Assembly (NCBI RefSeq): GCF_004010195.1
Contig: NC_057754.1
Span: 2,605,498 to 2,669,497 of the forward strand
Direction: 5' to 3'
DNA from: Chiloscyllium plagiosum
Taxonomy: Eukaryota
Length of the DNA stretch: 64,000 bases
Shown here: piece after piece, positions 1-13,472 of the stretch
Layout of the letters: the number at the start of each line of letters is the position of its first letter
Numbering within the stretch: position 1 is the first letter of the stretch
The notes under the pieces: model-generated
Told to the model about the DNA's origin: nothing
Database searches by the model: none
Seen by the model: only the letters and a program-made list of their open reading frames with translations
Position numbers and translations under genes: made by a program

Positions 1-325
1 TGTTGGCTCATGGCATGGGGTGAAAGGCGCACACACACCAATCACTAGTCTGTCCACTTGTATGAGCCTCCACTTATTGTCTCATTTGGCACGTGATGGC
101 TGTTTTGTAGCAGCACTCCCCCTGCTGCTGAGCCAGGGTTGCTGGCCTGAGTTGCAAACTTCCTAACCCAGATGAAACAAGCTGAAAAAAATGCCGATTG
201 ATCTGATATTTGGTCACTTAGCTGCTGGGGCGTCCCCCGTCATTCAGTTGCAGATTGGTTTTGCCAGCAGTTTTACCCAAACGTGTCTCACCTGCTGCTT
301 ACTCTCTCTTTATTTTCCTGACCAG

Positions 326-418
326 GTGCTGTACATTCAGGCGTTTGTCTTGGTCTTCCTCATCGGCAAGTTCATGCGGAAGGTGTTCTTTGGGCAGCTG
401 CGTGCTGCAGAGATGGAG
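326..418 (+). CDS. SYVN1: SYVN1 coding exon (VLYIQAFVLVFLIGKFMRKVFFGQLRAAEME)
   Basis: ccag|GTG...GAG|gtgaga; 93 nt. Confidence 0.96.
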
Positions 419-1257
419 GTGAGAATGTAACAGCTGTAGCAATCTCTGGCCCTGGTGGGCTATTGCAACCTAACTGCGGAGAGCCAGCTACAAAGTTGTG
501 CAGTTGGTGACTAGGCATGTCATTTCCTCGGTTATCATTGGCACATTGCTGTGGCAGTGCATTCAGTCACAGAGAATTGGGTTTAGACTTGAAGGAACTT
601 CCAGAGAAAGTGGTGAATGTGGGTCCAACTGCCATGTTTAAAAAATGTTGGATAAGGAAATTTAAGAAATGTTTGGAGGGAGATGGACCAAGCGCAGGCA
701 GGTGGGACTAGTTTTCTTTGGCATTATGGTTGACATGGACTTGTTTCCTTGTTGTATGGCGCTATAATTTTTATTAAAGGGATTAAGGGCTACGGGGAGA
801 GTGTGGTAAGTGCTGTTGAAATGCCCATCAGCCATGATTGAATGGCGGAGTAGACTTGATGGGCCGAATGGCCTTCCTTCCACTCCTATGTCTTGTAATT
901 TTTGCCAGACTCTGAGGAAAGGACAGGGCAGAGAGGTTGAGCTAATATGGGTACCTAGTTCAAAGTGTTGATGCATAAGCCATAAATCAAGGAGGATTAA
1001 CAAAACAGCTAGACTGGGTTAGGAGTACCGAAGGAAGGAAGCTGTTGGCTAAGTCTCTCGAGAGCAGTGATCTCGTCCCAGCTGGAGTGTTGAGGTGGGC
1101 TTTTGTGAAAGGATGCACAGGGAATATACCATGATGTCTCCAGGGTTGATGACGCCACTAGGCTTGTTGTCTTGATTGAAAGCCAAATGCTGAGAATGTT
1201 GGCGAAATTTGGTAGGTCTGGAGTTTCCACAGATGCTGCTAGACCTGAGTTTCTCCA

Positions 1258-1748
1258 TTCCACACCTCTCCCCTCACCTCTATCCAAGGCCCTAAAGGAG
1301 CCTTCCACATCCATCAATGTTTTACCTGCACATCCACCAATATCATTTATTGTATCCGTTGATCCCGATGCGGTCTCCTCTATGTTGGGGAGACTGGACG
1401 CCTCCTAGCAGAGCGCTTTAGGGAACATCTCTGGGACACCCGCACCAATCAACCACACCACCCTATGGCCCAACATTTCAACTCCCCCTCCCACTCTGCC
1501 GAGGACATGGAGGTCCTGGGCCTCCTTCACCACCGCTCCCTCACCACCAGACGCNNNNNNNNNNNNNNNNNCCCTCCTCTCACTTATCTCTCCACCCTTC
1601 AGGCTCTCTGCCTGTATTCCTGATGAAGGGCTTTTGCCCGAAACGTCGATTTCGAAGCTCCTTGGATGCTGCCTGAATTGCTGTGCTCTTCCAGCACCAC
1701 TAATCCAGAATCAGGTTTCCAGCATCTGCAGTCATTGTTTTTACCTTT
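1258..1748 (+). mobile_element. Degenerate Penelope-like 3' fragment (GIY-YIG region + tail), same family as 27173-28604
   Basis: Aligns by eye with 28115-28600 but has frameshifts and stops; carries the hammerhead core at 1620-1647. Confidence 0.85.
1616..1651 (+). ncRNA. Minimal hammerhead ribozyme motif
   Basis: attc-CTGATGA-a-gggc-tttt-gccc-GAAACGTC-gatt. Confidence 0.7.
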
Positions 1749-3939
1749 CTCCATTCCATGTTTATTTCTGGCCTGTTTCTCCTTGGAATAGAGCCAGTGA
1801 AGGGAATACTCAGAAGAGTCAATGTTGAGCATCTGTTCCTAATTGCTCATGTGCGTGTGTGCGCCAGGACGCACAGATGGAGCATTCTAGGAAAGGTTTT
1901 TGTGACATAGAAAGAGACCCTTCAGCCCATCATGTCCTTGTTGGTCATCAAACACCCACCTACTCTAATCCCATTTTCCAGCACCTGGCGCACAGACTAG
2001 TATCTAGTAGACAGGCATTTCAAGTGTTTGTAGTTCTGAAATGTCTTTTGGGTTCCTGCCTCTGCTACCCTTTTCAGGGAGTGGGACCTTGCTGTGCACA
2101 TCCTTGGCATCTGCGTTTTCCCACGTGACCAGAGTGACTTGGACCAAGTCCTTCAGGGGGGCTGCGCACAACACACTGGGGAGTTTCTGAAGGTAGAGGG
2201 TTTATTTTTTTGTAGGAGTGAGAAGTGTTGTATCAAGGCCAGGCTGCCCCAATGTAAAGGGGCTGAATGGCCTCCAGGTGTGGTTGAGGAAAATGAGGGT
2301 GAATAGACCCACAAAGGCTACATTTCCCATCAGTATTTGGGGCAATGGGTGAGGAGGAATCTTTGAAACTGAAGTGGTGATTAGTGTTTGTGCTGTCTGA
2401 TATCGTGCAGATGGACTTAATAGTTTTCAAAGAGGAATCCGAAATGATGGGAAAGAATAGGGTGAGGGGGTGACTGGATTAGTGTTCCAGCTTTGTGTGA
2501 ATGAAGGGAAAGTATCCAATCATCTTGTATTCCCTTGGTTCCCTGTTGAAATGTCTGTGTGGCCACGAGGGCTTGTCAAGGGCAGTAACTGTGTCTGCTA
2601 CCTCTAGCTCCTTATACCCTACACTGTTAACGTAGCCTGGCACCTTTCGGTTTCTCCTTGTGAAGTTTCAGCCAGTCACCCAACAAGTAAGGTGTAAAGT
2701 CTGTCTGTAACATGGTTGAGGTAGATGCCACCTGGCTGTTTGTCAGAGGGCCACAAACCTCCCTGTGTTGTGTAAAGGTTTCAAGTCAGAACGTTATCAA
2801 TGTTGTTCCACGTGGCCAACCCTTGACTCACTTCTTCTGAGCTGGAACTCTGCTGCAAATCTAGTCAGCCTCGACGGCAGATTAATTGGCTGACTCACGC
2901 TGGGACATCTGCGGTCTCGGATCAGTAACTGGCACGTAGAAGGAAGTTAGTCTGACTGCTGCACTTGCTTGTGGTTATTGAAGGAGGAACAGTGCAGTGT
3001 TTTCACTGTCCCCCTCCATTGGTGCCTCTGAATTAGCATCACCATGACACCAATCCTGTCTGGTGCAGAGTTCTAATAGCTGAGAGGTCCCTCCAGGCTT
3101 CAGACAACCAAAAATATATTTTGGCATATTCTGACACACGCACACTGCTCTTAACTCCCTGACTCCAGTAGCTATCGAATTCATTGCTCAGTGCTCTGCA
3201 CACTTACTGCTGGCAGCCTGAACTAGCGAAGTGTTGATGTCCAGCACAATCTAGGTGTCCTTGTTCATGTGTAATTCAAAGCTGGTTAGGTAGTCAGGCA
3301 AAGGGTATGTTCACTGTTATTGCTAAAACAAGAGTACTGAAGTAGAGCTGACTTGGTGCAGTGCCTTGGTGTGACTTCGCAAAGTTTTCCTGTGTTCAGT
3401 CTCCCCCTCCCCCTCAGTCAGTCAAGTGGGCTGAAGGCCATCCTAAGTAGACCTGTCCCAGCGAGTGAAGAGCCTTCTGTTTTGGGATCAGTCCGCTGAC
3501 ACTCGTTGCTCTGTCTGTGGCTTGTTCTGCACCAGTGCAGCAAGCAAATTAAAGAAATCGTGTGTTGGCCTGTTATTACAAGAGGCTTTGTGCGCTGGAT
3601 GAAAGCTGCAGGTTTATGGAGTGTTGGTGAGACTGCACTGAGAGTATTGTGTACAGTTACCGAGAGAAGGATATGCTTGCCTTCAAGGGAGTGCAGCAGA
3701 GCTTCAACAGACAGATCTCTGGGATGATGGAATTGTCCTGTGGGAGAGGTTTGAACAGACTGTGCCTCTATTCTCTGAAGTTTAGGGAAATGAGAAGTGA
3801 TCATATATGAAATTCTTACCAGCCCTCCACAGGGTGTCTGCGGAATGAATGTTTCCTGATTGCGAGGTTGTGGAGAATCCCTTCAGTTAAGCCATGGTGA
3901 TTGGATATTCTAATGCTGTTTTCTTCCTGTTTTCTACAG

Positions 3940-4092
3940 CATTTAATCGAGCGTTCCTGGTACGCTGTGACTGAGACTTGCTTGGCATTCACTGTCTTCA
4001 GGGATGACTTCAGTCCACGCTTTGTGGCCCTCTTCACCCTGCTGCTCTTTCTCAAGTGCTTCCACTGGCTAGCTGAGGACAGGGTGGACTTT
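3940..4092 (+). CDS. SYVN1: SYVN1 coding exon (HLIERSWYAVTETCLAF...EDRVDF)
   Basis: tacag|CAT...TTT|gtaagt; 153 nt. Confidence 0.97.
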
Positions 4093-4319
4093 GTAAGTGT
4101 TTCTGGTGTTTCACACTCCTGGAGTGCTGATGAGTCAAGCATGTACATGCTGTGAAATTCAAGTTGTAGATGTGCATTAGACTGTCTTCCTGGTTTTGTA
4201 GCCATCCCCTTCCTGCTGACTCTGATTTGGTAGAACGGCGGAAAGGGTTGCGGGGAGCGGAGGGGGCGCAGTTGATGATGGGTCATTGCTGTTAGCAACG
4301 CACTGCCCGAAAGAACATA

Positions 4320-5180
4320 CACTCAGAGCTGTACAGCACAGAAACAGACCCTTCGGCCCAACCCGTCCATGTCGACCAGATATCCTAACCTCATCCAGTC
4401 CCATTTGCCAGCACTTGGCCCATATTCCTCCAAACCCTTCCTCTTCATATCCCCATCCAGATGCCTTTTCCGTGTTGTCATTGTACCAGCCTCCACCACT
4501 TCTCTGGCAGTTCATTCTGAAAAGGTAGCTCCTTAGGTCCCTTTTATATCTTTCCCCTCTCACCCTAAACCTATGCCCCTCTAGTTCTGGACTCCCCGAC
4601 CCCAGAGAAAAGACCTTGTCTGTTTATCCTATCCATGCCCCTCATGATTTTATAAACCTCTATAAGGTCCCCCCTCAGCCTCCGACGCTCCAGGGAAAAC
4701 AGCCCCAGCCTGTTCAGCCTCTCTCTATTGCTCAAATCCTCCAACCCTGGCAACATCCTTGTAATTTTTTCTGAACCCTTTCAAGTTTCACAACATCCTT
4801 CTGATTGGAAAGAGACTAGAATTGCATGCAATATTCCAAAAGTGGCCTAACTAATGTTCTGTACAGCGCAACATGACCTCCTAACTCCTCTATGCAATGC
4901 ACTGACTAATAAAGCTAAGCATACAGAATGCTGCCTTTACTATCCTATCTACCTGCAACTCTACTTTCAAGGGACTATGAATCTGCACGCCAAGGTCTCT
5001 TTGTTCAGCAACACTCCCAGGACCTTGCTATTAAGAGTAGAAGTCCTGCTCTGATTTGGTTTTCCAAAATGCAGCACCTCGCATTTATCTAAATTAAACT
5101 CCATCTGCCACTCCTCAGCCCATCGGCCCATCTGATCAAGGTCCTGTTGTAATCTGAGGTAACCTTCTTCGCTGTCCAGA
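4320..5180 (-). mobile_element. CR1/HER1-type LINE 3' fragment
   Basis: Minus-strand translation LGLFSLERRRLRGDLIEVYKIMRG and WQMEFNLDKCEVLHFG. Confidence 0.9.
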
Positions 5181-5669
5181 TTCAGTGGGAATTTTTCAAA
5201 ACCAGAATTTGGATGAATACTTGGAAAGGGAGAGACTTGCAGGACCACAGAGTGGCATGGGAGAATGGAAGGGAGACTGTGGGACTGATTGGGTAGTTCA
5301 ATGAAGTCAGCACAGGCATGATGGGCCGAAAGGTTGATTGCTACAACAACAACTGAAAAACAGTCTTTTGCCAGTCTGGATTGTGGGGGAGAGGTTAGTT
5401 TTGTCCCGATCAATCCAGATGTGCAACCACTTGCTGTTCCCGTGCTGTGCACTGCAGCAACGTGATGGCCTACAGCAGATGCCTCTCAGCCTCAGAGATT
5501 GGTTTCAGCTACATTCCAAGTCTTGGTCTTGTCACTGGCTTTAAGCAGAGGAGAGAAGAGGATCTTTTCCATCTCTCTGCGAAGAGAAATGGAACCCTTC
5601 CAGGCATCCACATCATCCCTTCTTCGAGCTCATTATTAACATTGTAAAGCCCTATTTACTCTCTCTACT

Positions 5670-5910
5670 TCTGAAAGTAAAGCTTTCACTGTTCCACCCC
5701 CCCCCCCCCCCAGGGCAGGACAGCATGGGGTTAGATACAGAGTAAAGTTCCCTCTACACTATCCCCATCAAACACCCCCAGGGCAGGACAGCATGGGGTT
5801 AGATACAGAGTAAAGTTCCCTCTACACTATCCCCATCAAACACTCCCAGGGCAGGGACAGCATGGGGTTTGACACAGTTGAGCTCCTATCACACTATTCC
5901 AATCAAAAGC
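5670..5910 (+). repeat. ~58-bp minisatellite (gatacagagtaaag.tccctctacact.tccccatcaaacac.cccagggcaggacagcatggggtta)
   Basis: 3-4 tandem units. Confidence 0.85.
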
Positions 5911-6173
5911 TTTTGCCATTTCCTGCAGCAGCCACAGTAAGTGAATTCAAGACAGTTTCATGTTGTGAGCTTCTTCCTGCTAGGGCTGGGACTCGGCAAA
6001 TTCATTAGATTAAGGTTGCAATCTTAGCAGACAGTGGGGTTGAATGTTAGTCCAAGAAGATAGAGCCTAGAAGCCTCCCCCCATTGTCAGCTTGTTTTGC
6101 CTGTAGCACTGCACTGTCGTGGATTGTGTGTGTGCATCATCTGAACGTGTTTCTATTTTGCGTTTCTGTACAG

Positions 6174-6222
6174 ATGGAACGGAGTCCAAACATCTCGTGG
6201 CTGTTTCACTTCCGAGTTGTCT
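6174..6222 (+). CDS. SYVN1: SYVN1 coding exon (MERSPNISWLFHFRVV)
   Basis: tacag|ATG...GTCT|gtgagt; 49 nt. Confidence 0.96.
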
Positions 6223-6507
6223 GTGAGTATTGTACCTCACGGTTGAGTGAAAGTTTCACGTCATTCTTGGGTTTCATGCAGTCTACATTTAGTCCAGTGG
6301 GGATACAGACTTTGTCTGCAGGTCAGCTACTGTGAACAGGTTGATCCGGGAGACTGTGGAAGCTTCTCCCATACAGGGTGGTGAGGTTTTTGTGGGATCT
6401 GGGTCACTTGCTCTGGAGCCAACTCTTTTCCTCCTGCCCTGATTAAGAAATTCAATCTCTAGTGTTTGTGTCCCTTTGCTCAGAACCAGAGGCACCCTGA
6501 GAGAAAA

Positions 6508-6852
6508 GGTGGAACAGTGGCTCAGTGGTTAGCGCTACTACCTCACAGCACCAGGGACCCAGGTTCGATTCCAGGTGCCTGTGTGTGTGTGTGTGTGGAG
6601 TTTGCACATTCTCCCTGTCTTTGCGTGGGTTTCCTCTGGGTGCTTTGGTTTCCTCCCACAATCCAAAGGTGTGCAGGTCAGATGAATTGGCCATGCTAAA
6701 TTGCCCGTAGTGTTCAGGGATGTGTCGGTTAGGTGCATTAGTCAGGGGTAAATGTAGAGTAGTAAGGTAATGGGTCTGGGTGGGTTACTCTTTGGAGGTT
6801 CGGTGTGGACCTGTTGGGACGAAGGGCCTGTTTTCACATTGTGGGGATTCTA
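6508..6852 (+). mobile_element. HE1-type tRNA-derived V-SINE
   Basis: A/B boxes (tggctcagtgg, ggttcgattcc), V-core gagtttgcacattctcc...tttcctcccaca, LINE-like tail. Confidence 0.85.
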
Positions 6853-9077
6853 AGTTGCTGTTTTCTGTTTCAATTAAATCGCCAACAAGGTCCTGCAGTC
6901 CCATGTGACAAAGTGGGGAGTTGACCGTGCTGACCGTTGTCACTGCGCTACCATTTCGTGTCTCTTCATCAATCCCTTCTTTCTGTGACCGATCAATTCC
7001 AGTCACGTCTCCATAATGACTTGAGTTGTGATTTCTTCACCTTTGGGTGACTGTGAGATATCCCAAAGCAGTTTGCAGCCAGTTACTTAGTATTTGAGAT
7101 GCGCGAGGTCGCACAAAGACCAATTTGCTGGACATTAAATGTTGGCATTGCTGGTGATGCCCACATACCCACAATTGATTCTTTTTATTTTAAACAAAAA
7201 TTTGCCTTGAGATCTTGAGATGGCAGAAAGGGTTTAGCACTCATCTGAATGAAGGCACTTCTGATAGTGTAGTGCTCATGCAGTTTGTCACCATCTGTGT
7301 CATCCTTGTTGATGTATTTAGGTTTCAGGCGTTGGACCTTCAGGCTCTAAGTGGTGACTCCCTCATCTGCAGCTAACAGCGCAAAGGGACTGGTTTGTGC
7401 AAAAGTCCCCAGTCCCCCTCCGGTTCAATTACAAGAAGCAGATGCTGAGGATTTGCATAGACGTTACTAAATACTGAAGTGGACCTTCCCCCTTCACGGC
7501 TCCACACAGCTGCTGCTTCGAGATGACGTGTCTTCTCGGTATTTGCCACAGCTTGTGGAGAGCAGGCCACCTTTTTAAATCAAGCTCAAGGGAGCAGCCA
7601 GCTTTCTGGTGGCGCTGCTCCTTGTGGCACCCTTACACAAGCTGCCGTGTCTCTCTGCTCGTAAGCTGCTGACCTGTCCTTAAATCATCCTGCCCGCAAA
7701 CTGTCAACTGAGATCGGAAAGGAAAATCTAGAGCAGGGGGCAAGAAGGCCAGAAATTAGATAATGTGAATAGTGTGTAATTATTCCCTTCAGTGGTGGAG
7801 AAACAAGATTGTTTTCATAAACGGTGAGAGGTTAGAAACTGCAGGTGCCTGAAGGGACTTGGGCATCTATGTTCATGAGTTAGTTTATAAAAGAAGTAGT
7901 GTGCAGGTTGACTGTCAAATTAGAGTACGGCAGTGATGTCTTACTGCAGTTGTACGAAGTTTTTGTGATACGAGAAGCACTTATTGTACGGTTTTGTTCT
8001 CAGGCAAGATGGTCTTGCCGTTGAGCGTGAGTGCAGTGAAGATTCACCAAACTGATCCTAGGCCAAGGGCCTAAAGGGGGGGTTATTGGCTTTGGGGCAG
8101 CAGATTCCTCAGCCAGAATCATGGTCTTTATGCTCATGGTAACCAGAAGGTAATGAAGTGCCTCCTAAAGCTCTTTGGGAAAGTGCAAAACCTGGTGTTT
8201 ATAAAGTGGAGAAAGAAAAGTCTGATCCCACCATAATCCAAGGCTTAAGTAATTGCTATTACATATTAACTGCATCTGACAAACTGCTGTTCACAGTAGA
8301 GAGAAGCCCCTGTCCCATCGACAGGGCGGAATTGAAGGACAAATAGTGTGAATACCAAAGATCAAGTAACTTATAAGGCAAGAGTAGAAACAGAGAACCT
8401 CCTGAAAGGACAGTGGAAGACAAGGGGCATTGTCAGGGAGCTATTGCAAAACCTTGCTTAGGTATTATGACCTCAGGAAAATAATTGCAGCTTCACAAGT
8501 TAACAAACAGCACCCCCCCTCCGTGTGATGCAGCTAGCAAATGTCTGGGGATGGGCCTAAAGGGCAGAGAAGAGATGGCAAGCACTGATGTCAATGTTGC
8601 TGTAATCATTGTGACAAGGCATGTATAAATATCCTGTTGGAGAGGAGGAGTGTCTTTGAGTCTGTCTCCAGTGACCTCTTCTAGGCTACAATGAGAAGGA
8701 GTTCCAAAAAAAGATTTTTAGCCCTGAACACAGGGCTAAGGCTCCTCTTTTAACATCCCTCGCCAACAGGGTGGCAGGAGCAATGAGGAGAAATTGAGGA
8801 AATTTTGCCTGGATTTTCTGGGCTTGCACAATATGATACAACTTGGTTCCTTCTCAACATGAGTGTCCCAAGTATTGGACAAGATGTAAATATTAGATTA
8901 CACATTGGGATGTGCTGTTGTGTATCAAATGTAATCTTAGCAGCTCCTCCCTGGGAGTCCAGAGGGAGCTTTACTTTGTACCTAATACCTATCCTTGGAA
9001 TATCTCATCGGGACGCTATTGAGGAATCTTTACTTTGCCTCTAACCCTGCAGTATAGTTGTCCTGGGAATGCATTTT

Positions 9078-9346
9078 TTTTTTGGGATGTCGGTTTGCTC
9101 GCTGTGCTGGGAGGTTCATTTCCAGACCTTTTGTCACCCTACTAGGTAACAGCTTCAGTGGGCCTCAGGCGAAGCAGTAAACATGATTCCTGCTTTCTAT
9201 TTATATGTTTGGGTTTCTTCGCCTGAGGCCGGCTGAAGATGATGTCTAGTAAGGTAACAAAACGTCTGGAAATGAACCTTTCAGCTCAGTGAGCAAACCT
9301 ACATCCAGAACCTCAACCTGAGCAACAAATCTTCTCAAAACACGCT
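9078..9346. mobile_element. Palindromic Penelope-derived element
   Basis: Inverted arms (ggatgtcggtttgctc... / ...gagcaaacctacatcc); TSD aatgcatttt at 9068-9077 and 9347-9356. Confidence 0.8.
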
Positions 9347-9465
9347 AATGCATTTTGGTGTTTGGTACTGACACGATTACCTACAATGGAATGATCTTCG
9401 TTTGCAGCATTCAGATGTTCATGCTTAGGATTTTAAAGAAACATCTTGCCTTCTTTCTCTTGCAG

Positions 9466-9569
9466 CACTGATGGGTTTACTGGCTCTGTTGGATCTGCTG
9501 TTTGTAAACCATGCCTGTCACAGCATCATGACCCGGGGAGCATCCGTCCAGCTGGTGTTTGGCTTTGAG
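9466..9569 (+). CDS. SYVN1: SYVN1 coding exon (SLMGLL...GASVQLVFGFE)
   Basis: tgcag|CA...GAG|gtgagg; 104 nt. Confidence 0.96.
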
Positions 9570-9685
9570 GTGAGGATTTCCTCATGGGAGTGTGTGGCGG
9601 TGACAGTGGTGGATGCCTGTGGGCCGCCAACAGGGAATGAATACCTTTTGAAAACTTGTTTTCTTTTCTCTTGAAAGTAGTAATC

Positions 9686-10005
9686 CAGGTACACAATCCT
9701 TTATCTGAAACTCTCAGAACCAGCTGGTCTTTGGAATTTTTCAAATTTCGGAATAAGTGACCGTGAAACTTTTAAAAATCTTGCCGCACAGCAGCCTGTG
9801 AGAGTAATGGGCCCTGAGATAGAATTAAGGCCTCCCCCGCGCATGCACACACACACACACACACACGTCACATCTGAGTGACGCACGTCACATGGGTGTG
9901 GAGTTGGGACAACTGTTTGCACGCCAAACAACCTTGTTATTGAGATAAAAACTTGACAAAAAAACCTTCGGATTTCGGGATTTTGGATAAAGGGTTGTCT
10001 ACCTG
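9686..10005. mobile_element. Tc1/mariner-Tigger-type MITE
   Basis: TIRs caggtacacaatcctttatc / gataaagggttgtctacctg, TA on the right flank; internal (CA)n. Confidence 0.75.
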
Positions 10006-10929
10006 TATTCACGTAACCCTCCCAGGGCTGCCATTTACCTGGTTCCAAAGTGCGACCTGTCCTGTGTCTGCATCTCTCTCCTTTCTCTCTCTTCCCCCAC
10101 TGCCATACATTCAGAAATAACTTCACAGGTTTTACCAAAGAAAATGGGAATTTATTCGGTCTATAGTCACAGTCCAGCAAGCACTCTTTCATTTCAACCA
10201 GGAGACAGTTAATGGGTTCTTTGCTTTCCCCCCCCCCCCCCAGCTGTTGTAACTCCCCCGCCCCTCCTTAATGTGGATGAGTAGCAGGCAATGGAGTTGG
10301 GTTTCCTCTGTCAGGTGTAAGGGTTATACCTGAACATTTTACCCACAATTCAGTTCTCAGCTCATTGCCAAAGGTGACCAAGGTTTAAAGACTGAGATGT
10401 GGGGCTGAGTTGTTTAATTCTGTCTCTGTGGCAAACATGTCATCATCTTTTGAGAAATGACACTTATTCCTGGGATTTGATAAGGAGAACAGGTCACAGG
10501 CCAGGACTCCTGCAGTGAGGGAGTCACCTCCTGACTCTACAAGGCTCAAGTCAAGAGTGAAGTGGAAAACTCTGTATACCTAGAAGATCCTAAAATACTT
10601 GAAGCTCCACACTATCCAGGACAAAGCAATCCACTCGATTAGCATCCTATCCACCACATTCAGCATTCAGTCCCTCCACACTGACTCAGTGGCAATGCCA
10701 TCTGCAGAAACTCGCATTTTTTTTTTAGCAGTATATTCCACATCAGTGAACTCTACCAATGCAAAGGACAAGAGCAGCACATCCATGGCAACACTACCCG
10801 CAAGGTCCTTTCTGACCGTCCTAACTTGGAGATATATTGCCATTCCTTCTGTGTCATGGAATCAAAATCCTAGAGTTTGTTGCCTGCCTGCATTATAGGT
10901 CTACCTATATCCAGCATTTCAAGAAAGCA

Positions 10930-11125
10930 AAAACTGAAAGAATTGCAGATGCTATACATCAGAAGCAAGAATAGAACTTGCAGGAAAAGCTCTGCAGGTT
11001 TGGCAGCATCTGTGAAGAGAACATTCTAGGAAAGGGTCACCAGACCCGAAGCGTTATCTCTGATTTATCTTCACAGATGCAGCCAGACCTGCTGAGCTTT
11101 TCCAGCAACTTCTGTTTTTATTTCA
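10930..11125. mobile_element. Older palindromic Penelope-tail-like element
   Basis: Arms gcaggtttggcagcatctgtgaaga / tcttcacagatgcagccagacctgc; decayed core around gggtcaccagacccgaagcgtt. Confidence 0.55.
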
Positions 11126-11391
11126 AGAGAAAAGTTCACACTACATCCTTGGTGGGCAATAAATGCTGGTCTAGCTAGCGATATCCTGAAACGTTTGGAA
11201 ATATATCAGTGATTCTGTCAATTACCCTTGCCCTAGTTGTTCTGATGACCCATTGAATGGCAGATACTACAGTGGCATTAAAACAATAGCGATTTGTGTC
11301 CCAAGTTGGCATAGTGAGACTCTTGGGCGGTGATGGTGATGTCGTGGTTGTGGGGCTGATGCTTTAACCTCTGTCCTGTGTTCCCTTACAG

Positions 11392-11518
11392 TATGCCATT
11401 CTCCTCACAATGGTGCTGACCATATTCATCAAATACATTCTGCACACCATCGATCTTCAGAGTGAGAATCCCTGGGACAACAAGGCTGTGTATATGCTCT
11501 ACACCGAGCTCTTGACAG
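11392..11518 (+). CDS. SYVN1: SYVN1 coding exon (YAILL...ENPWDNKAVYMLYTELLT)
   Basis: tacag|TAT...ACAG|gtaccg; 127 nt. Confidence 0.96.
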
Positions 11519-11777
11519 GTACCGGGAGGGGCGGTGGTCGAGGCGGCTTGTAAAATTGCAGGGTGTGAGATGTGTGGCAATTCTTGCTCTGGGGTTTCAA
11601 ACGAGACTCTGAAAGGGCGAATGTGTTTTGGACTCTGATAGGTAGATTGAAGATCAGCTGGTAACTTTCATCTCGGATATCCTTTGCTTAATTCCAGGCT
11701 GTGGTTATTGTACCATCTTTCTCGTGGTGCGTGGCTGCCGCTCTTGTTATCAAAGCTGATCTTTCCGTCTGTTTCAG

Positions 11778-11877
11778 GGTTCATTAAGGTGCTGCTCTAC
11801 ATGGCCTTCATGACCATAATGATCAAGGTTCACACGTTCCCTCTGTTTGCCATCCGTCCCATGTACCTGACCATGAG
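11778..11877 (+). CDS. SYVN1: SYVN1 coding exon (GFIKVLLYMAFMTIMIKVHTFPLFAIRPMYLTMR)
   Basis: ttcag|GG...ATGAG|gtgagt; 100 nt. Confidence 0.96.
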
Positions 11878-12077
11878 GTGAGTGCTCCCATGAGAAGGAG
11901 GTGATGTTTCGGTTTTAGCCCTCTCCTCCTGCACAGGTAGACTTGATGGCACCAGCAGCTCCTAGATGAAAGGGCTGTGTCTGGAGAAACTTGAGTTTTC
12001 AGCTGCTGGGCAAGATTGGGTTGGAGTTAGACTCTGTGCCATCAAGGCCAGATTTGAACAGTTCAGCCATTCTTTGA

Positions 12078-12750
12078 CGTGATGGCTCCGTGGTTTGCAT
12101 TGCTGCCTCAGCACTAGTAACCCAGGTTCAATTCCACCCTCAGGCGACTGTCTTGTGGAGTTTGCACACTCCCCCTCCGTCTGCATGAGTTTCCTCTGGG
12201 TGCTTCAGTTTCCTCCCCCAGTCCAAAGATGTGCAGGTTATGGTGGTCAAAAGGTGGGACTGCAGATGCTGGAAACCAGAGTTTAGATCAGAGTGGTGCT
12301 GGAAAAGCACAGCAGGTCAGGCAGCATCCGAGGAGCAGGGAAATCGATGTTTCGGGCAAAAGCCCTTCATCAGGAATAGAGGCAGAGACCCTGAAGGGTG
12401 GAGAGATAAATGTGGGGGGCAGCTGGGGAGAAAGTAGCAAAAAGTACAATAGGTGAATGGGGGTGGGGTTGGAGGTGATAGGTCAGAGGGGAGGGTGGAG
12501 TGGATAAGTGGGAAGGGAGATGGACAGGTCATGAGGACAGTGCTGAACTGGAAGGTTGGAAATGAGGAAACTGGTGAAGTCCAGCTTACGGTGGGTTCAC
12601 TGTGCTAAATTGCCCATAGTCCTCAGGGATCCGCAGGCTAGGTGGTTTAGCCAAGGGAAATGCAGGCTTAAAGGGAGTAGGGTAGAGGGGTGGGATGCTC
12701 TTGAAAGGGTCAATGTTGACCGAATGGCCTGCTTCCACACTGTGTACGGA
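12078..12750 (+). mobile_element. HE1-type SINE split by a PLE insertion
   Basis: Head and V-core at 12078-12240, remainder at 12590-12750. Confidence 0.75.
12250..12585 (-). mobile_element. Penelope-like tail inserted into an HE1 SINE; hammerhead motif at 12344-12373 (-)
   Basis: Reverse complement reads cctgatgaagggcttttgcccgaaacatcg; SINE halves lie on both sides. Confidence 0.8.
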
Positions 12751-13406
12751 TTGTTTGATAGCCCAACACACTTCATATGGTGTGTCCCTTTTAAAGTTGC
12801 AATCCTGGTAGATGAGGTTAGCAAATGCTGCCAACCTCTCATAGGCACAGCAAGATGCCCCAAACTAGCCAACCAGATGAATACCCAGCAGCTTTGTTCA
12901 CCTAGTTAGCTGAAGGAGGCATATTGACTGGAGTGACTGGGGAATTTCCCTGTGCTGGGAGTGTCAAGACATAGGATACTTAGAGAAAGCATTTAAAAGG
13001 ATTGGAACGAAGTTCTATCAAGGAGGGGAATTGAGAGCAAAGGATCACAGCATCAGGCATTTAAAGTTTTATTTCTTGCATCATTTTGGTGGTAGCGTGT
13101 TACAGGGGCCTTCCCAAAACAGGACAGGATACCAGACTTCAAGAAGGGAAACTGTTTCTTTGACTTTTAGACTTGTGGACTGGAAATCTATAAACGTCCA
13201 TCAGCCATCTTTTCCAAATAGTCTCTCTGTGTTTCTTTCCTTCCCCACCTTGCCCAGCTTTCCCCCAGCGCCCTAGCTGACAGGTTCCTTGCAGCTTGTT
13301 GTGGCCCGCTGTGTTTTTGAATGCTGGCAGTGCAAAGGGATTGGTGTTGGGCCAGGAGCTTGTGGCAGTCGTACCAACCTAACTGTCTCCCTGCCTCCGT
13401 TTCCAG

Positions 13407-13472
13407 GCAATTCAAGAAGGCAGTGACTGATGCCATCATGTCGAGAAGAGCAATTCGCAACATGAACACGCT
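13407..13472 (+). CDS. SYVN1: SYVN1 coding exon (QFKKAVTDAIMSRRAIRNMNTL)
   Basis: tccag|G...CT|gtgagt; 66 nt. Confidence 0.96.
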